Assembly: GCA_938002015.1 (NCBI GenBank) | Contig: CALLAU010000003.1 | Location: 4,084-68,083, forward strand | Source of the DNA: an uncultured Bdellovibrionales bacterium | GTDB lineage: Bacteria; Bdellovibrionota; Bdellovibrionia; Bdellovibrionales; UBA1609 | DNA: 64,000 nucleotides | Direction: 5' to 3' | Shown: piece after piece, positions 29,621 through 39,149 of the stretch | How positions within the stretch are numbered: position 1 is the stretch's first letter | Layout of the letters: the number at the start of each line of letters is the position of its first letter | The notes under the pieces: model-generated | Seen by the model: the letters and a program-made list of their open reading frames with translations, nothing else | The model's database searches: none | What the model was told of the DNA's origin: nothing | Made by a program: the position numbers and the translations under genes

Positions 29621-31063
29621 TTACTTCTCACTCGCTTTAAGCATCCTTGTAATCATCACTGAAGATAAAAGGGCTACACCAACCATAACAACAGCCCAGA
29701 TAGTAAGAGTACCAAAATAACCACCGTATACATTTTTAACAACTTCTTGAGTTACTGCCTCGCCTTTTTCTAAAGCTATTGAAGTAGAAAGTACTGCTCC
29801 AACTATTCCACTTAAAGCAATTGCAACTGAAAAAAGACTTACAGAGAAGTTTTCAATAGCTTTTGGTGTTACAGACAGAATAAATGCTTGTACAAGTGAG
29901 CCTACTATAACTTCAGCAAAAGCTTGGAAAAAGTGAATGGTTAAGAAAACCTCAGGTCGTATAACTATATCACTTCCAATTCCTTTTACTGCTAAAGTTA
30001 GAATGGCAAAAGCAATTGCAGTAAGTACAAATGAAAAAGAAACTTTTGTAGCCGTTGTAAGATTAATATTTCTCTTTTCTAGGCTTGAAAAGATTAATGC
30101 TAGTACTGGTCCTGCCACCATACACCAAAGTGGGTTCATTGCCATAGAAGATTCCGGAGCTATTGGTATAAAGCCAAAAAGATCTCCACGCATGGTATTA
30201 ATAGCTACAATAGTCATAGAGGTCATCATTTGTCCGTAATAAACAAAAAATGCAGTGGTTAAAACAACCATTATTAAGATCGTTCCCATCTTTAACTTTT
30301 CAGAACGACTTACTTTAAACATCAAACCAATAAAGTAAAGAATCGCTCCAGCTCCAATTGCATAAACTATATTTTTCCCAATATCCATATTTGAGAACAT
30401 ATAAAAAACAAGGCCTATCATTGCTAAAGAAATTGATCCAAAAAAGGCCCAGTTTCTAGCACTTACCGGCTCTTGATCAATTTTAGCTCCAATCTCAAAA
30501 AATGGCCTTTGTGTAAAAACAAGTATTGCAAAAGCAAGAGTAGCCATAGAGCTAGAAATTAAAAAGCCACCATTAAAACCGATAGCTAGAACAAACATAG
30601 GGAATAAATACTGACCTAAAAATGCCCCGATGTTATTAACAGAATAATTAACCGGCATTCCTTTTTCAAAATCTTCTTGGCTACTAAAGGTTCGTTTAAA
30701 TAAGCTTGGATAACTTGGAGACATGAGGCCACGTGCATAACTTGCCAGTGCAATACCCACCATACTAATTGGAACACTAGTAATACTGGCTCCAACTACT
30801 AACAAAAAGTAGCCCAATCCAAAAGTTCCAAAGGCTATCGTTAAAGAGCGGTACGATCCTAGAAATTTATCGGCAATAAAACCACCCGCTATTGCAAATA
30901 GTGGCCCTATAGAAGAAAAAGCCCCCACAATCATCATGGTATCAGCTTCACTATAGTTTAAATCTTCTAAGAAAAAGCGAGTTAAAATCGCCATGACTCC
31001 ATAAAAAGAAAGACCAAAAGCCATTTGGCATACCATCATAGACTTATTGAGTTTATTCCACAT
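29621..31063 (-). CDS. POT/PTR-family MFS peptide transporter
   Basis: SFYGV, GGFIADKFLG, YSVNNIGA, about 14 TMs; GAGGGGG RBS before ATG at 31063. Confidence 0.88.
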   Translation of the reverse strand: MWNKLNKSMMVCQMAFGLSFYGVMAILTRFFLEDLNYSEADTMMIVGAFSSIGPLFAIAGGFIADKFLGSYRSLTIAFGTFGLGYFLLVVGASITSVPISMVGIALASYARGLMSPSYPSLFKRTFSSQEDFEKGMPVNYSVNNIGAFLGQYLFPMFVLAIGFNGGFLISSSMATLAFAILVFTQRPFFEIGAKIDQEPVSARNWAFFGSISLAMIGLVFYMFSNMDIGKNIVYAIGAGAILYFIGLMFKVSRSEKLKMGTILIMVVLTTAFFVYYGQMMTSMTIVAINTMRGDLFGFIPIAPESSMAMNPLWCMVAGPVLALIFSSLEKRNINLTTATKVSFSFVLTAIAFAILTLAVKGIGSDIVIRPEVFLTIHFFQAFAEVIVGSLVQAFILSVTPKAIENFSVSLFSVAIALSGIVGAVLSTSIALEKGEAVTQEVVKNVYGGYFGTLTIWAVVMVGVALLSSVMITRMLKASEK

Positions 31064-31293
31064 TAAAGACCCCCTCTTATATAGCTTACTTAGCCTGAAT
31101 AAGGCCAAACCTAGCATGAAGAAACTCAATAATCCAAGCCCCAAGCCCTTACCTTAAATACACCGCCAAATAAGGCCTTTATCTCTTCAAGCCTGAGCAA
31201 AATGCCTATAAAAAGTTCTTTAGAAGCAGTCTTGTTGCTTAAATCTTAAGTTTTTACTCCACATTCTCTAAAAAAAAAGTTACTAAAACCCAT

Positions 31294-32199
31294 ATGTCAC
31301 ACGATAGATCTGTTAGGCTAAATAAATATATCGCCCAAAGTGGTATCTGTTCTCGAAGAGAAGCTGATAATTTTATTGAAAATGGGCGAGTTAAAATCAA
31401 CCGTAGAAAAGCAACCTTATCTGATAGAGTAAAACCAGGTGATGTTGTTATGGTTAATGGTCAAACTATTGAAGCTGAAGAGGTTCAACCCTTCGTATTT
31501 ATCGCCCTTAACAAACCCCGTGGTATTGTTTCAACTACAGAAGGAAGTGAAAAAGATAATATAGTTAGTTTTACGAATTACCCTAGTCGAATATTTCCGA
31601 TTGGACGCTTAGATAAAGAATCTACCGGCTTGATCTTTATGACTAATGATGGAGACATAGTAAATAAAGTTTTAAGAGCTGGTAACAATCATGAAAAAGA
31701 ATATGTGGTTGCTGTAAATAAGCCCATCACAGATGAGTTTATAACTGGCATGGCAAGTGGTGTTCCTATTCTTGGAGAGATAACCAAGAAATGTAGAGTT
31801 GAAAAGATCTCAACTTATGAGTTTAGAATTATTTTAGTACAAGGCTTAAATCGCCAGATTCGTCGCATGAGTGAATACTTTGGTTATGAAGTTGAAAGAC
31901 TTCATAGAATTCGCATCATGCACATTAAAATAGATGGAATACCTGAGGGTGAGTTTCGCGATCTTAATGAAGAAGAGCTAAAAGAACTTTTTAAACTCAT
32001 CTCAAATTCGTCTTCAGAAGCTAAAAGTAAATCTCAAAATAAGTCTAAGTCTAAAGCCAAAGTTAAACCTAAATTTAAGACTAAAAGTAAGTCTAAAATG
32101 AAATCAAAACCCGAAGATGAATGGGCTCCTAAATCTAAAAAATTTCCACCTTCTAAAAAAAATTCTCGTAGAAGCACTAAGAAAACACGTAGGCGCTAG
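31294..32199 (+). CDS. rluF: 23S rRNA pseudouridine synthase F
   Basis: S4 domain (RLNKYIA..G.CSRREAD), [25 protein letters not shown]; Lys/Ser-rich tail. Confidence 0.9.
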   Translation: MSHDRSVRLNKYIAQSGICSRREADNFIENGRVKINRRKATLSDRVKPGDVVMVNGQTIEAEEVQPFVFIALNKPRGIVSTTEGSEKDNIVSFTNYPSRIFPIGRLDKESTGLIFMTNDGDIVNKVLRAGNNHEKEYVVAVNKPITDEFITGMASGVPILGEITKKCRVEKISTYEFRIILVQGLNRQIRRMSEYFGYEVERLHRIRIMHIKIDGIPEGEFRDLNEEELKELFKLISNSSSEAKSKSQNKSKSKAKVKPKFKTKSKSKMKSKPEDEWAPKSKKFPPSKKNSRRSTKKTRRR

Positions 32200-32290
32200 T
32201 TTAAAAATCTTAAAAAAAATTATTACACCTACAAAGTCTGGTCTAGGTCATTACTTAACAAATCAGCTTTATATACAGTAAGCTACCTAT

Positions 32291-33421
32291 ATGTCTCAAT
32301 TAGAAAAATTGCTCAGTGATTGGGTTTTAAACGATTTAATAACAAAAGAACAAGCCAAGAAAATATCTCATCATGAAGAAAACAAACCAAGTAATTCATG
32401 GGTGTTATATGGTTTTTTAATTCTAGGAGCCCTTGTTATTGGAATTGGAATCATATCTTTAATAGCAGCTAACTGGGAAAATATTCCTGATACTGTAAAA
32501 CTCATCATAGACTTTCTCTTACTGATTGCACTAGCAACTGGTTCTTATATCTCTTGGAAGAAAAAAGAGCACATTCTTTTTGAAGTACTCCTCATTTCAT
32601 TTATGGTTCTTTGCCTTGCTTCTATAGGCCTCATCTCTCAGATTTATCATACTGGAGGCAAACTTTATCAGGCACTATTGATGTGGTCAGTGATCACTTC
32701 TGCAGTAGCAGCTAGTTCAAAACGATCCCTTACTCCATTTATTTGGGCTGCAGGCTTTTTTTCTAGCATAACTTTTACAGCATTAGATTCAGCAACATTT
32801 CAACCTATTTTTGCTCGACATGAAAATTCAGTCCTTATGGCCATTCCTCTTCTTAGCGCTTTATTAGCAATAATTTGCAAAAAAATAAGTGGTGAAAGTG
32901 GTCAAACAAAATCTTTTAGATCATGGGCAATTATAGGAGGAATGATCGCCTTATCAGCTGCAGAAACACACCTCTTAAGATATAGATCAATGGACCTTAA
33001 TATCATCACTTTTATCCCTGGCTATGTTTTTACAATACTCATAGTTGGTGGCATTTTAATAAGTTCTGAATATAAGAAAGTACAAAAAATATTACTACTA
33101 TTAGCTCTAGCTTTTTACTTAATACCCTTCCACCTTCCTATGGTGCCTATTCAATCAAAATCGGTATATGCAGCTTTTAGTATTTTTACGTTAAGTACGA
33201 TGGCAATTTTTTTAGCAAGTCTTGGGCTTAGAGGGCTGTTTCAAATATTTTTAATTATCTTAGGGATGAGGTTTTTAGTTTTATATTTTCAGGCCTTAGG
33301 AGGTCTAGCAACAACAGGCTTTGGCTTAATTATTTCAGGAGTTATTATCATAAGTATGGTTATAACATGGAATAAGTACCGTCTTAAAATAACTAACTGG
33401 GCAGAGGGGTTAATCGAATGA
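32291..33421 (+). CDS. DUF2157 membrane protein
   Basis: IAANW..IP, LISQIYH.GG, many TMs; usual partner of GDYXXLXY. Confidence 0.85.
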   Translation: MSQLEKLLSDWVLNDLITKEQAKKISHHEENKPSNSWVLYGFLILGALVIGIGIISLIAANWENIPDTVKLIIDFLLLIALATGSYISWKKKEHILFEVLLISFMVLCLASIGLISQIYHTGGKLYQALLMWSVITSAVAASSKRSLTPFIWAAGFFSSITFTALDSATFQPIFARHENSVLMAIPLLSALLAIICKKISGESGQTKSFRSWAIIGGMIALSAAETHLLRYRSMDLNIITFIPGYVFTILIVGGILISSEYKKVQKILLLLALAFYLIPFHLPMVPIQSKSVYAAFSIFTLSTMAIFLASLGLRGLFQIFLIILGMRFLVLYFQALGGLATTGFGLIISGVIIISMVITWNKYRLKITNWAEGLIE

Positions 33422-33900
33422 TTAAATCAAATAAAGGTCTACTTATCTCTCTTATCATTCCAATTGTGGCTCTAGCCTTACTCGTTGTTTATAAAAAGCA
33501 TGTTTTATCTATTGGTAAAGAAGTTATTCTTCCTATCACTGGATATGATCCAAGAGATCTGCTTTCAGGACATTACCTCATATATACCATCAATTATGGA
33601 GTGAATAGTGTTTGCAGAGGAAGTTCACTTAAAACAAAAAGACCTGGTTATATTTGTTTAGATTATAAAACATTTAGTTTTAGTCGTCCAAAAAACTGTA
33701 AGCTCTATATCACAGGGACTTGTAATAGAAATAGATTTGAGGCTGGTGTTGAGCGCTATTACATACCAGAAAAAGAAGCCAAGAATCTTGAAGATCTAGT
33801 AAATTCCAACGAAGCAAGCATAGTTTTATCTGTTCCAAAAAACGGCAAAGCACAGATAAAAGATCTACTAATTGACGGCGCCTCTTGGAAAAATAGATAA
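33418..33900 (+). CDS. GDYXXLXY-domain protein
   Basis: YDPRDLLSGHYLIY, GVERYYIPE. Confidence 0.87.
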   Translation: MIKSNKGLLISLIIPIVALALLVVYKKHVLSIGKEVILPITGYDPRDLLSGHYLIYTINYGVNSVCRGSSLKTKRPGYICLDYKTFSFSRPKNCKLYITGTCNRNRFEAGVERYYIPEKEAKNLEDLVNSNEASIVLSVPKNGKAQIKDLLIDGASWKNR

Positions 33901-33952
33901 GCCCCTTTTTACCGCTTATCATAAAGCCTAAGATAGTGTAGATACTTTTTAT

Positions 33953-34717
33953 ATGGAATCTTACTACACGAATTTAAAAAATAAGACAGCTTTAGTAACT
34001 GGTGCTAGTAGCGGAATTGGGTATAAAACCGCATCTTTTCTTGCCGAGCAAGGATGTAGAGTCTTTGCTGTAGCAAGAAGACAAGAAAGACTTTTAGAGC
34101 TTAAAACAAAATTTCAAAATTTAACTCCCATTACAGGGGATTTAAATAAAGAAAGTACCTTAAAAGAAATTGAAGCGGCAAAAGCTTTTAATGTTGATAT
34201 TTTAATAAACAATGCCGGCCTTGCTCTTGGAAAAGACCTTCTCCATGAAGCGCAAGATGAGGATATAGATACTGTTATTCAAACAAACCTTATAACAGCT
34301 TTAAAAATTGCTAAACGCTGTCTTTTTCATATGAAGAAAAATGGAACTGGAGATATCGTTAATATCACATCCATTGCCTCACATGAAGCTTATAAAGGAG
34401 GAGTCACTTATACAGCTTCAAAGCACGGGCTTCTTGCTGTAAGTAAAGCATTAAGAGAAGAGACATATGGAGAGAACATTAGAGTTATGAGTATTTCACC
34501 TGGGATGGTGGAAACTGAATTCAGTGAAGTTAGATTTAAAGGGGATAAGGAAAAAGCTAAAAAAACTTATGAAGGCTTTACGCCTTTAAAAAGTGAGGAC
34601 ATAGCCGTTCAAATCATTAATGCACTTAGATGTCCTAGACATGTTAACCTTGATGAAATCATTATTCTGGCAACAGATCAGGCCGGAGCTACTAAAATTA
34701 ACAAAATATCTCTCTAA
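33953..34717 (+). CDS. SDR oxidoreductase (YdfG-like)
   Basis: TGASSGIG, NNAGLALG, YTASK, PGMVETEFS.VRF.GD. Confidence 0.92.
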   Translation: MESYYTNLKNKTALVTGASSGIGYKTASFLAEQGCRVFAVARRQERLLELKTKFQNLTPITGDLNKESTLKEIEAAKAFNVDILINNAGLALGKDLLHEAQDEDIDTVIQTNLITALKIAKRCLFHMKKNGTGDIVNITSIASHEAYKGGVTYTASKHGLLAVSKALREETYGENIRVMSISPGMVETEFSEVRFKGDKEKAKKTYEGFTPLKSEDIAVQIINALRCPRHVNLDEIIILATDQAGATKINKISL

Positions 34718-34789
34718 AGAGAAAAAAAGCATGCTCAATTATAATCAAGCATGCCTTAGTATTTAATTATTATTAATTAATAAAAAATT

Positions 34790-35983
34790 TTATTCATAAG
34801 CTGGTGCTATCTCACTAAACTTTTCCTGTATCATTTTACTTTCTAAATAAAGTTCTTGTGCTTTTTCAATTACCACTTCAGTTAAACTCTCAGGTGTGGA
34901 AAGCTCTTCTTTAAATTCTATTGCTTTTTGTCTTAATCCTTTTAAAGCGTTTACTATCTCCTCTTTTTCTCGCTCAACCTCAACCGCATTAAAGAATTGA
35001 AACTGCAAACTCTCGTTAGCAAACAGATCAAGAAAAGAATATATTGTAGCATCAATCATACCAAACTTGTTATGAAGTCTTGAAAAGGATTTATCATAAC
35101 CATATTGCTTTAAATACTCTTTTTCCTCTTCATCTATAGCATTTACGTATTGCAAGTGGTTTCGAATATCTTCTTGCATAAGACTAAAACCATTTAAAAC
35201 ACCTAAGAGTTGAAAACTTAACACTCTCGCTAAATTACTTCTCTCGCCCTTAATAAGTTCTGGATAAACCCTTACAGCACTTTCTTCAACTTGCTTTGCT
35301 GCAGCTTCACCAGCTCCAGTCATGTGCGCAAGTTCATGCATCCATAAACCAAGTACATGGGCATTTAAAGATTGTTTTGGTATTCTTGTTAAATTCTCCA
35401 AGCTAAAACAAATTGTCGCATCAAAACTAAACTCTGTAACGCTTGCATCAGCATGATCTTTGTCGGGCGCTGGACAAGAGCCTTCATCTTGATAAACTAC
35501 GGGTATTTTAAACACATAGTCTGCCAGTTTATATTTCTCAAAAGGCTCTAAATGCTTAATTGATTTTGATAAATCAATTATTTGATCTGTTAAGTCTAGC
35601 AGTTCATCTGTAGCAACTCCCTCTACACCAGAACTCACCAAACTATCAATGTCAGCTTGCAAGGCTTCTCTTTTCTTAACTAAAATTTCTCTTTCTTCTT
35701 TATGAAAATCTGGATTATAAATATTATTAAGAGCTTTCTGTGCTTCAGCATTTGTATTCTCAGATAATTTAAGGCCCTCATAAATTTTATAATTAATATA
35801 TTTTTCAGATTGAGTAAGAGTTTTAAGTGTGTCTTGAACAGCTACTCTAACCTCTTCTTTAGTGCTACCCTCTACTTGGCCACCACCGCCATCTGAAGTA
35901 CCTTTAAAGTCACCACATGCCACCATACTCATAAACACAAGTGTTAACACCATTAATTTTATTATAGTTTTCGAAAGTTTCAT
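34790..35983 (-). CDS. Hypothetical lipoprotein with zincin HExxH motif
   Basis: Lipobox MVAC; HELAH..G..E; coiled-coil segments. Confidence 0.75.
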   Translation of the reverse strand: MKLSKTIIKLMVLTLVFMSMVACGDFKGTSDGGGGQVEGSTKEEVRVAVQDTLKTLTQSEKYINYKIYEGLKLSENTNAEAQKALNNIYNPDFHKEEREILVKKREALQADIDSLVSSGVEGVATDELLDLTDQIIDLSKSIKHLEPFEKYKLADYVFKIPVVYQDEGSCPAPDKDHADASVTEFSFDATICFSLENLTRIPKQSLNAHVLGLWMHELAHMTGAGEAAAKQVEESAVRVYPELIKGERSNLARVLSFQLLGVLNGFSLMQEDIRNHLQYVNAIDEEEKEYLKQYGYDKSFSRLHNKFGMIDATIYSFLDLFANESLQFQFFNAVEVEREKEEIVNALKGLRQKAIEFKEELSTPESLTEVVIEKAQELYLESKMIQEKFSEIAPAYE

Positions 35984-36209
35984 TTTTTTAAATCTCCTTG
36001 TTTAAATTAGTTTCTTCTTTTCCCTCAGGCAAAAAATACCCACCGTATGAGAAATTTTTCATAAAGATTCATGGCTGCAGCTCACAAACCCTCAGTAACA
36101 TAGATATTATTTACAGAGCTTAAAAAAAAGGTTTATTTAATTAAAATAACCTCATAATATTTACTTTTATGTAAATATTAACCTCTAAAGCACTGTTTTT
36201 ATTAAAATT

Positions 36210-37013
36210 ATGACTATTTTTGATCATTCCAATTATAAAGAATATATTAAGAAACTCATCGCTCAAATGCCACGAAAAGGGCGAGGACAGCTTAGTAAGC
36301 TTGCACAAGAACTCACAGTAAACTCAACTGTTATTAGTCAGATATTTAAAGGAGACCGTCACCTCTCGCCCGAGCAAGGATTGAAAGTTTCAAAGTACTT
36401 TGGCTTTAATGAACTTGAAGAAAAGTATTTCATAACTCTGATTCACAAAGAAAGAGCTGGAACAAAAAACTTATCTGATTTTTATAAAAAAGAAGAGAAA
36501 AAGCTTTTACTCAAAGCACAACAAGTAAAAACTCGAATTCAAAAACACAAAGTAATTTCTGAAGAACATAAAGCTCAGTTTTACTCGGAGTGGTATTATA
36601 GTGGCATTCGCATGCTTTCAGCACTGCCAACTCACAACACCATAGATGATTTTGCAGATTATTTTAACCTAAACAGAGGCCTGGTCACCAAAGTATTAGA
36701 TCTCCTCATTTCAACAGGGCTTTGCATTGAAGAAAATGGACGTATATCCGTAGGTCCACAAAACACACATATAGATAACAAGTCTCTTTTCGTAAATTCT
36801 CACAGACGCAACTGGAAATTAAAATCCCTACAAGCTATGAATAACAATAATGATTCAGACCTGTTCTACTCATCCCCTATGAGTTTATCTAAAGAAGATC
36901 GCTTAAAAATAAGAGAAGAGCTGCTGCAAGCGATTGATAAAGTTCTTAAAAAAGTTCACAAATCTAAAGAAGAAGAACTCGTTTGCCTTAATATTGATTG
37001 GTTTAAATTTTAA
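36210..37013 (+). CDS. TIGR02147/DUF4423-family HTH protein
   Basis: IFD..NY..Y, LA..L....S..F.G.R.LS.EQ, FYSEWYY..IR, CLNIDWF. Confidence 0.85.
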   Translation: MTIFDHSNYKEYIKKLIAQMPRKGRGQLSKLAQELTVNSTVISQIFKGDRHLSPEQGLKVSKYFGFNELEEKYFITLIHKERAGTKNLSDFYKKEEKKLLLKAQQVKTRIQKHKVISEEHKAQFYSEWYYSGIRMLSALPTHNTIDDFADYFNLNRGLVTKVLDLLISTGLCIEENGRISVGPQNTHIDNKSLFVNSHRRNWKLKSLQAMNNNNDSDLFYSSPMSLSKEDRLKIREELLQAIDKVLKKVHKSKEEELVCLNIDWFKF

Positions 37014-37059
37014 ACTTCCCCACTTCTGTAGTCAAAGCAGTACCCCAAAGCTTCTAGTT

Positions 37060-37818
37060 TTACTTATCAAGCCTCCAAACCACAGATGATTCATGCTTAG
37101 AAGTTTTAATATGATCAAAATTTTTATCATAGTGCTCAAAGCGCATTCTAATTTTAGAATATGCATTATACATATTTTGAAACTCAGCTAAGTCAGGGAA
37201 GACATCTCTCATATCACTTAGAAAACGCTTTATATTGGGTCGTCTAACTATAATTTCAACAAGTTCAGCATGCTTTGGAGATAATGGTATCCACTCACCT
37301 TTATAAAAAGTTTTCGTATAGTCTTTACTTATTTTTACATCGTTAAAGATAAAATACTCATCGGAATCATATTCAAACACTGGCTTATCTATGAATCTGT
37401 ATGCCCTATAACCTAATATGCTATAGAAAAAAGGAGAATTAGGATCGACATCTTTAAATTTCTTCCTGAGTCTTGTTATAAATATTCTGGCCCAATCTTC
37501 ATGAAGTATAAAATTATCATCATCAGTTACTTCTTCACCATGTACCACTTCATACATTTCTATGACTGAGTATGCTCTATATGGGTTGGTATACATATCC
37601 TTAACTAATTTATATTGATTATGAGAAAGCTTAATTCTACGACCCCGGTAGTTAACCATGCCATTTTTATCAAAAGACAAAATATCAGTAATCTTCTTAG
37701 ATCTCTCAGCCAAAACACCTGAGCAGCTCACAAAGGCCTGAACCTGTCCATAAAAGCAGGTAAAAACCACCAAATACAATAAAAATGACTTTAAATCGAT
37801 CTGAACTTTAGAAAACAT
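37060..37818 (-). CDS. Signal-peptide protein with two OmpR/PhoB-type winged-helix domains
   Basis: Signal peptide ending VQA; IKLSHNQYKLV...IFITRLRKKF...GYRAYRF; second repeat IPLSPKHAELV...YSKIRMRF...IKT. Confidence 0.72.
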   Translation of the reverse strand: MFSKVQIDLKSFLLYLVVFTCFYGQVQAFVSCSGVLAERSKKITDILSFDKNGMVNYRGRRIKLSHNQYKLVKDMYTNPYRAYSVIEMYEVVHGEEVTDDDNFILHEDWARIFITRLRKKFKDVDPNSPFFYSILGYRAYRFIDKPVFEYDSDEYFIFNDVKISKDYTKTFYKGEWIPLSPKHAELVEIIVRRPNIKRFLSDMRDVFPDLAEFQNMYNAYSKIRMRFEHYDKNFDHIKTSKHESSVVWRLDK

Positions 37819-37829
37819 AGAATACCGTA

Positions 37830-37845
37830 AGCAATATGCGTGCCT
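37830..37845 (-). promoter_or_regulatory. Sigma-54 (-24/-12) promoter
   Basis: Minus strand AGGCACGCATATTGCT versus consensus TGGCACG-N4-TTGCW. Confidence 0.8.
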
Positions 37846-37869
37846 AATTCAAAATTTAAGATTTATAAA

Positions 37870-38445
37870 TTAACTCAAAGCCTTCTTAATATACCTTTGA
37901 AATACAGGAAGTGTCTTCTCCTTAAACCAATCATTCTTCTTAAGCCAGATATTATTTCTAGGAGATGGGTGAGGAAGAACAAAATATTTGGGTAAATACG
38001 ATTCCCAGTTTTTAACAGTTTCTGTAAGATTTTTTTTTGTACTCTTTCTTAAAAAGTACCTCTGTGAGTACTGTCCTATTAATACAATATGACTCTTTTT
38101 TTCTATTGAATTTAAAACTCTATTCATCCATAACTTTGCACATTCTGGGCGCGGCGGTAAGTCTCCACTTTTACCTTTGCCCGGGTAGCAAAAACCCATT
38201 GGAATAATTCCAAAGTTATTTGTATTGTAAAACACCTCTGCGGAGACCCCCAGCCATTCTCGCAATCTCACCCCACTTGCATCATCCCAAGGAACTCCTG
38301 ATTTATGAACTTTTAAGCCTGGAGCCTGGCCAATGATCAATACTTTAGAAGATGCTGAAAAGCTTACTACTGGCCGAGGCTCATGCGATAAAACCTCAGA
38401 GCAATAAGTACATGCCTGAATCTCTTTAATCAGATTATTATTCAC
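37870..38445 (-). CDS. Uracil-DNA glycosylase superfamily protein
   Basis: IIGQAPG, PWDDASG.RLR.W, GFCYPG, LPHPSPRN. Confidence 0.9.
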   Translation of the reverse strand: MNNNLIKEIQACTYCSEVLSHEPRPVVSFSASSKVLIIGQAPGLKVHKSGVPWDDASGVRLREWLGVSAEVFYNTNNFGIIPMGFCYPGKGKSGDLPPRPECAKLWMNRVLNSIEKKSHIVLIGQYSQRYFLRKSTKKNLTETVKNWESYLPKYFVLPHPSPRNNIWLKKNDWFKEKTLPVFQRYIKKALS

Positions 38446-38562
38446 TCTAACACCTTAAATCCATTAACAAATCATAACCTGTGGTTTATTTAACGTAAAC
38501 ACTTGATTCTTGCCGTTTTCTAGACAAACTCATATATTCATACACTCAAAGGATCTAAATCA

Positions 38563-39102
38563 ATGGCTCTAGGCGCTCAAATCTTTAAAGCAAATATCAA
38601 CCTTGCTAACTTAAATGCAAATTACTATGAAGATTTATCATTAACTATAGCTCTACACCCCTCAGAAACTAAAGAGCGAATGATGTTTAGACTTATAGCC
38701 CTTCTTGTCTCACACCAAGAGTACTTAGAGTTTACAAACGGTTTAGACAATCCAGATTTACCAGATATTTGGCAAAAAGATTTATGTGGTGACATTGAGC
38801 ACTGGATTGAACTAGGTCAACCAGATGAAAAGAAAATTAAAAAAGCTTGTGGGCGCTCTAAGAAAGTTAGTATTTTTACTTATGATGAATTTAAAGCTGA
38901 ACCATGGCTGGAAAAAAATCAGGAGAAATTAAAATCTAATAAAAAAATTAATATTTATAATTTAAGAAAAGTTGAAGAAAGCAACTTATTAATTGATCTA
39001 GTAAAAAGAAGTATGAATTTAACTTGTATGATTGAAGAGAATAATATTTTTTTAAGTAATGACGACTTAAGGGTTCAAGTTACCATACAACACATTTTTT
39101 AG
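38563..39102 (+). CDS. yaeQ: YaeQ-family protein
   Basis: ALHPSET.ERMM.RL, PDIW, WIELGQPD. Confidence 0.92.
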   Translation: MALGAQIFKANINLANLNANYYEDLSLTIALHPSETKERMMFRLIALLVSHQEYLEFTNGLDNPDLPDIWQKDLCGDIEHWIELGQPDEKKIKKACGRSKKVSIFTYDEFKAEPWLEKNQEKLKSNKKINIYNLRKVEESNLLIDLVKRSMNLTCMIEENNIFLSNDDLRVQVTIQHIF

Positions 39103-39149
39103 CTTAATAACAGATTTAAAAAAATCTCATTATAATTTGGAGTATTAGT

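Noticed and set aside
31064..31293. Riboswitch upstream of the POT/PLP enzyme operon
   Set aside because: A GGCCTTATT repeat is present, but I could not match SAM, lysine or other aptamer cores; an Rfam search is needed.
32010..32199. Lys/Ser repeat tract at the end of rluF
   Set aside because: Low-complexity basic tails are common on RluF/RluB enzymes.
36076..36091. GG-N10-GC upstream of the zincin lipoprotein
   Set aside because: Only the dinucleotides match; this is expected by chance.
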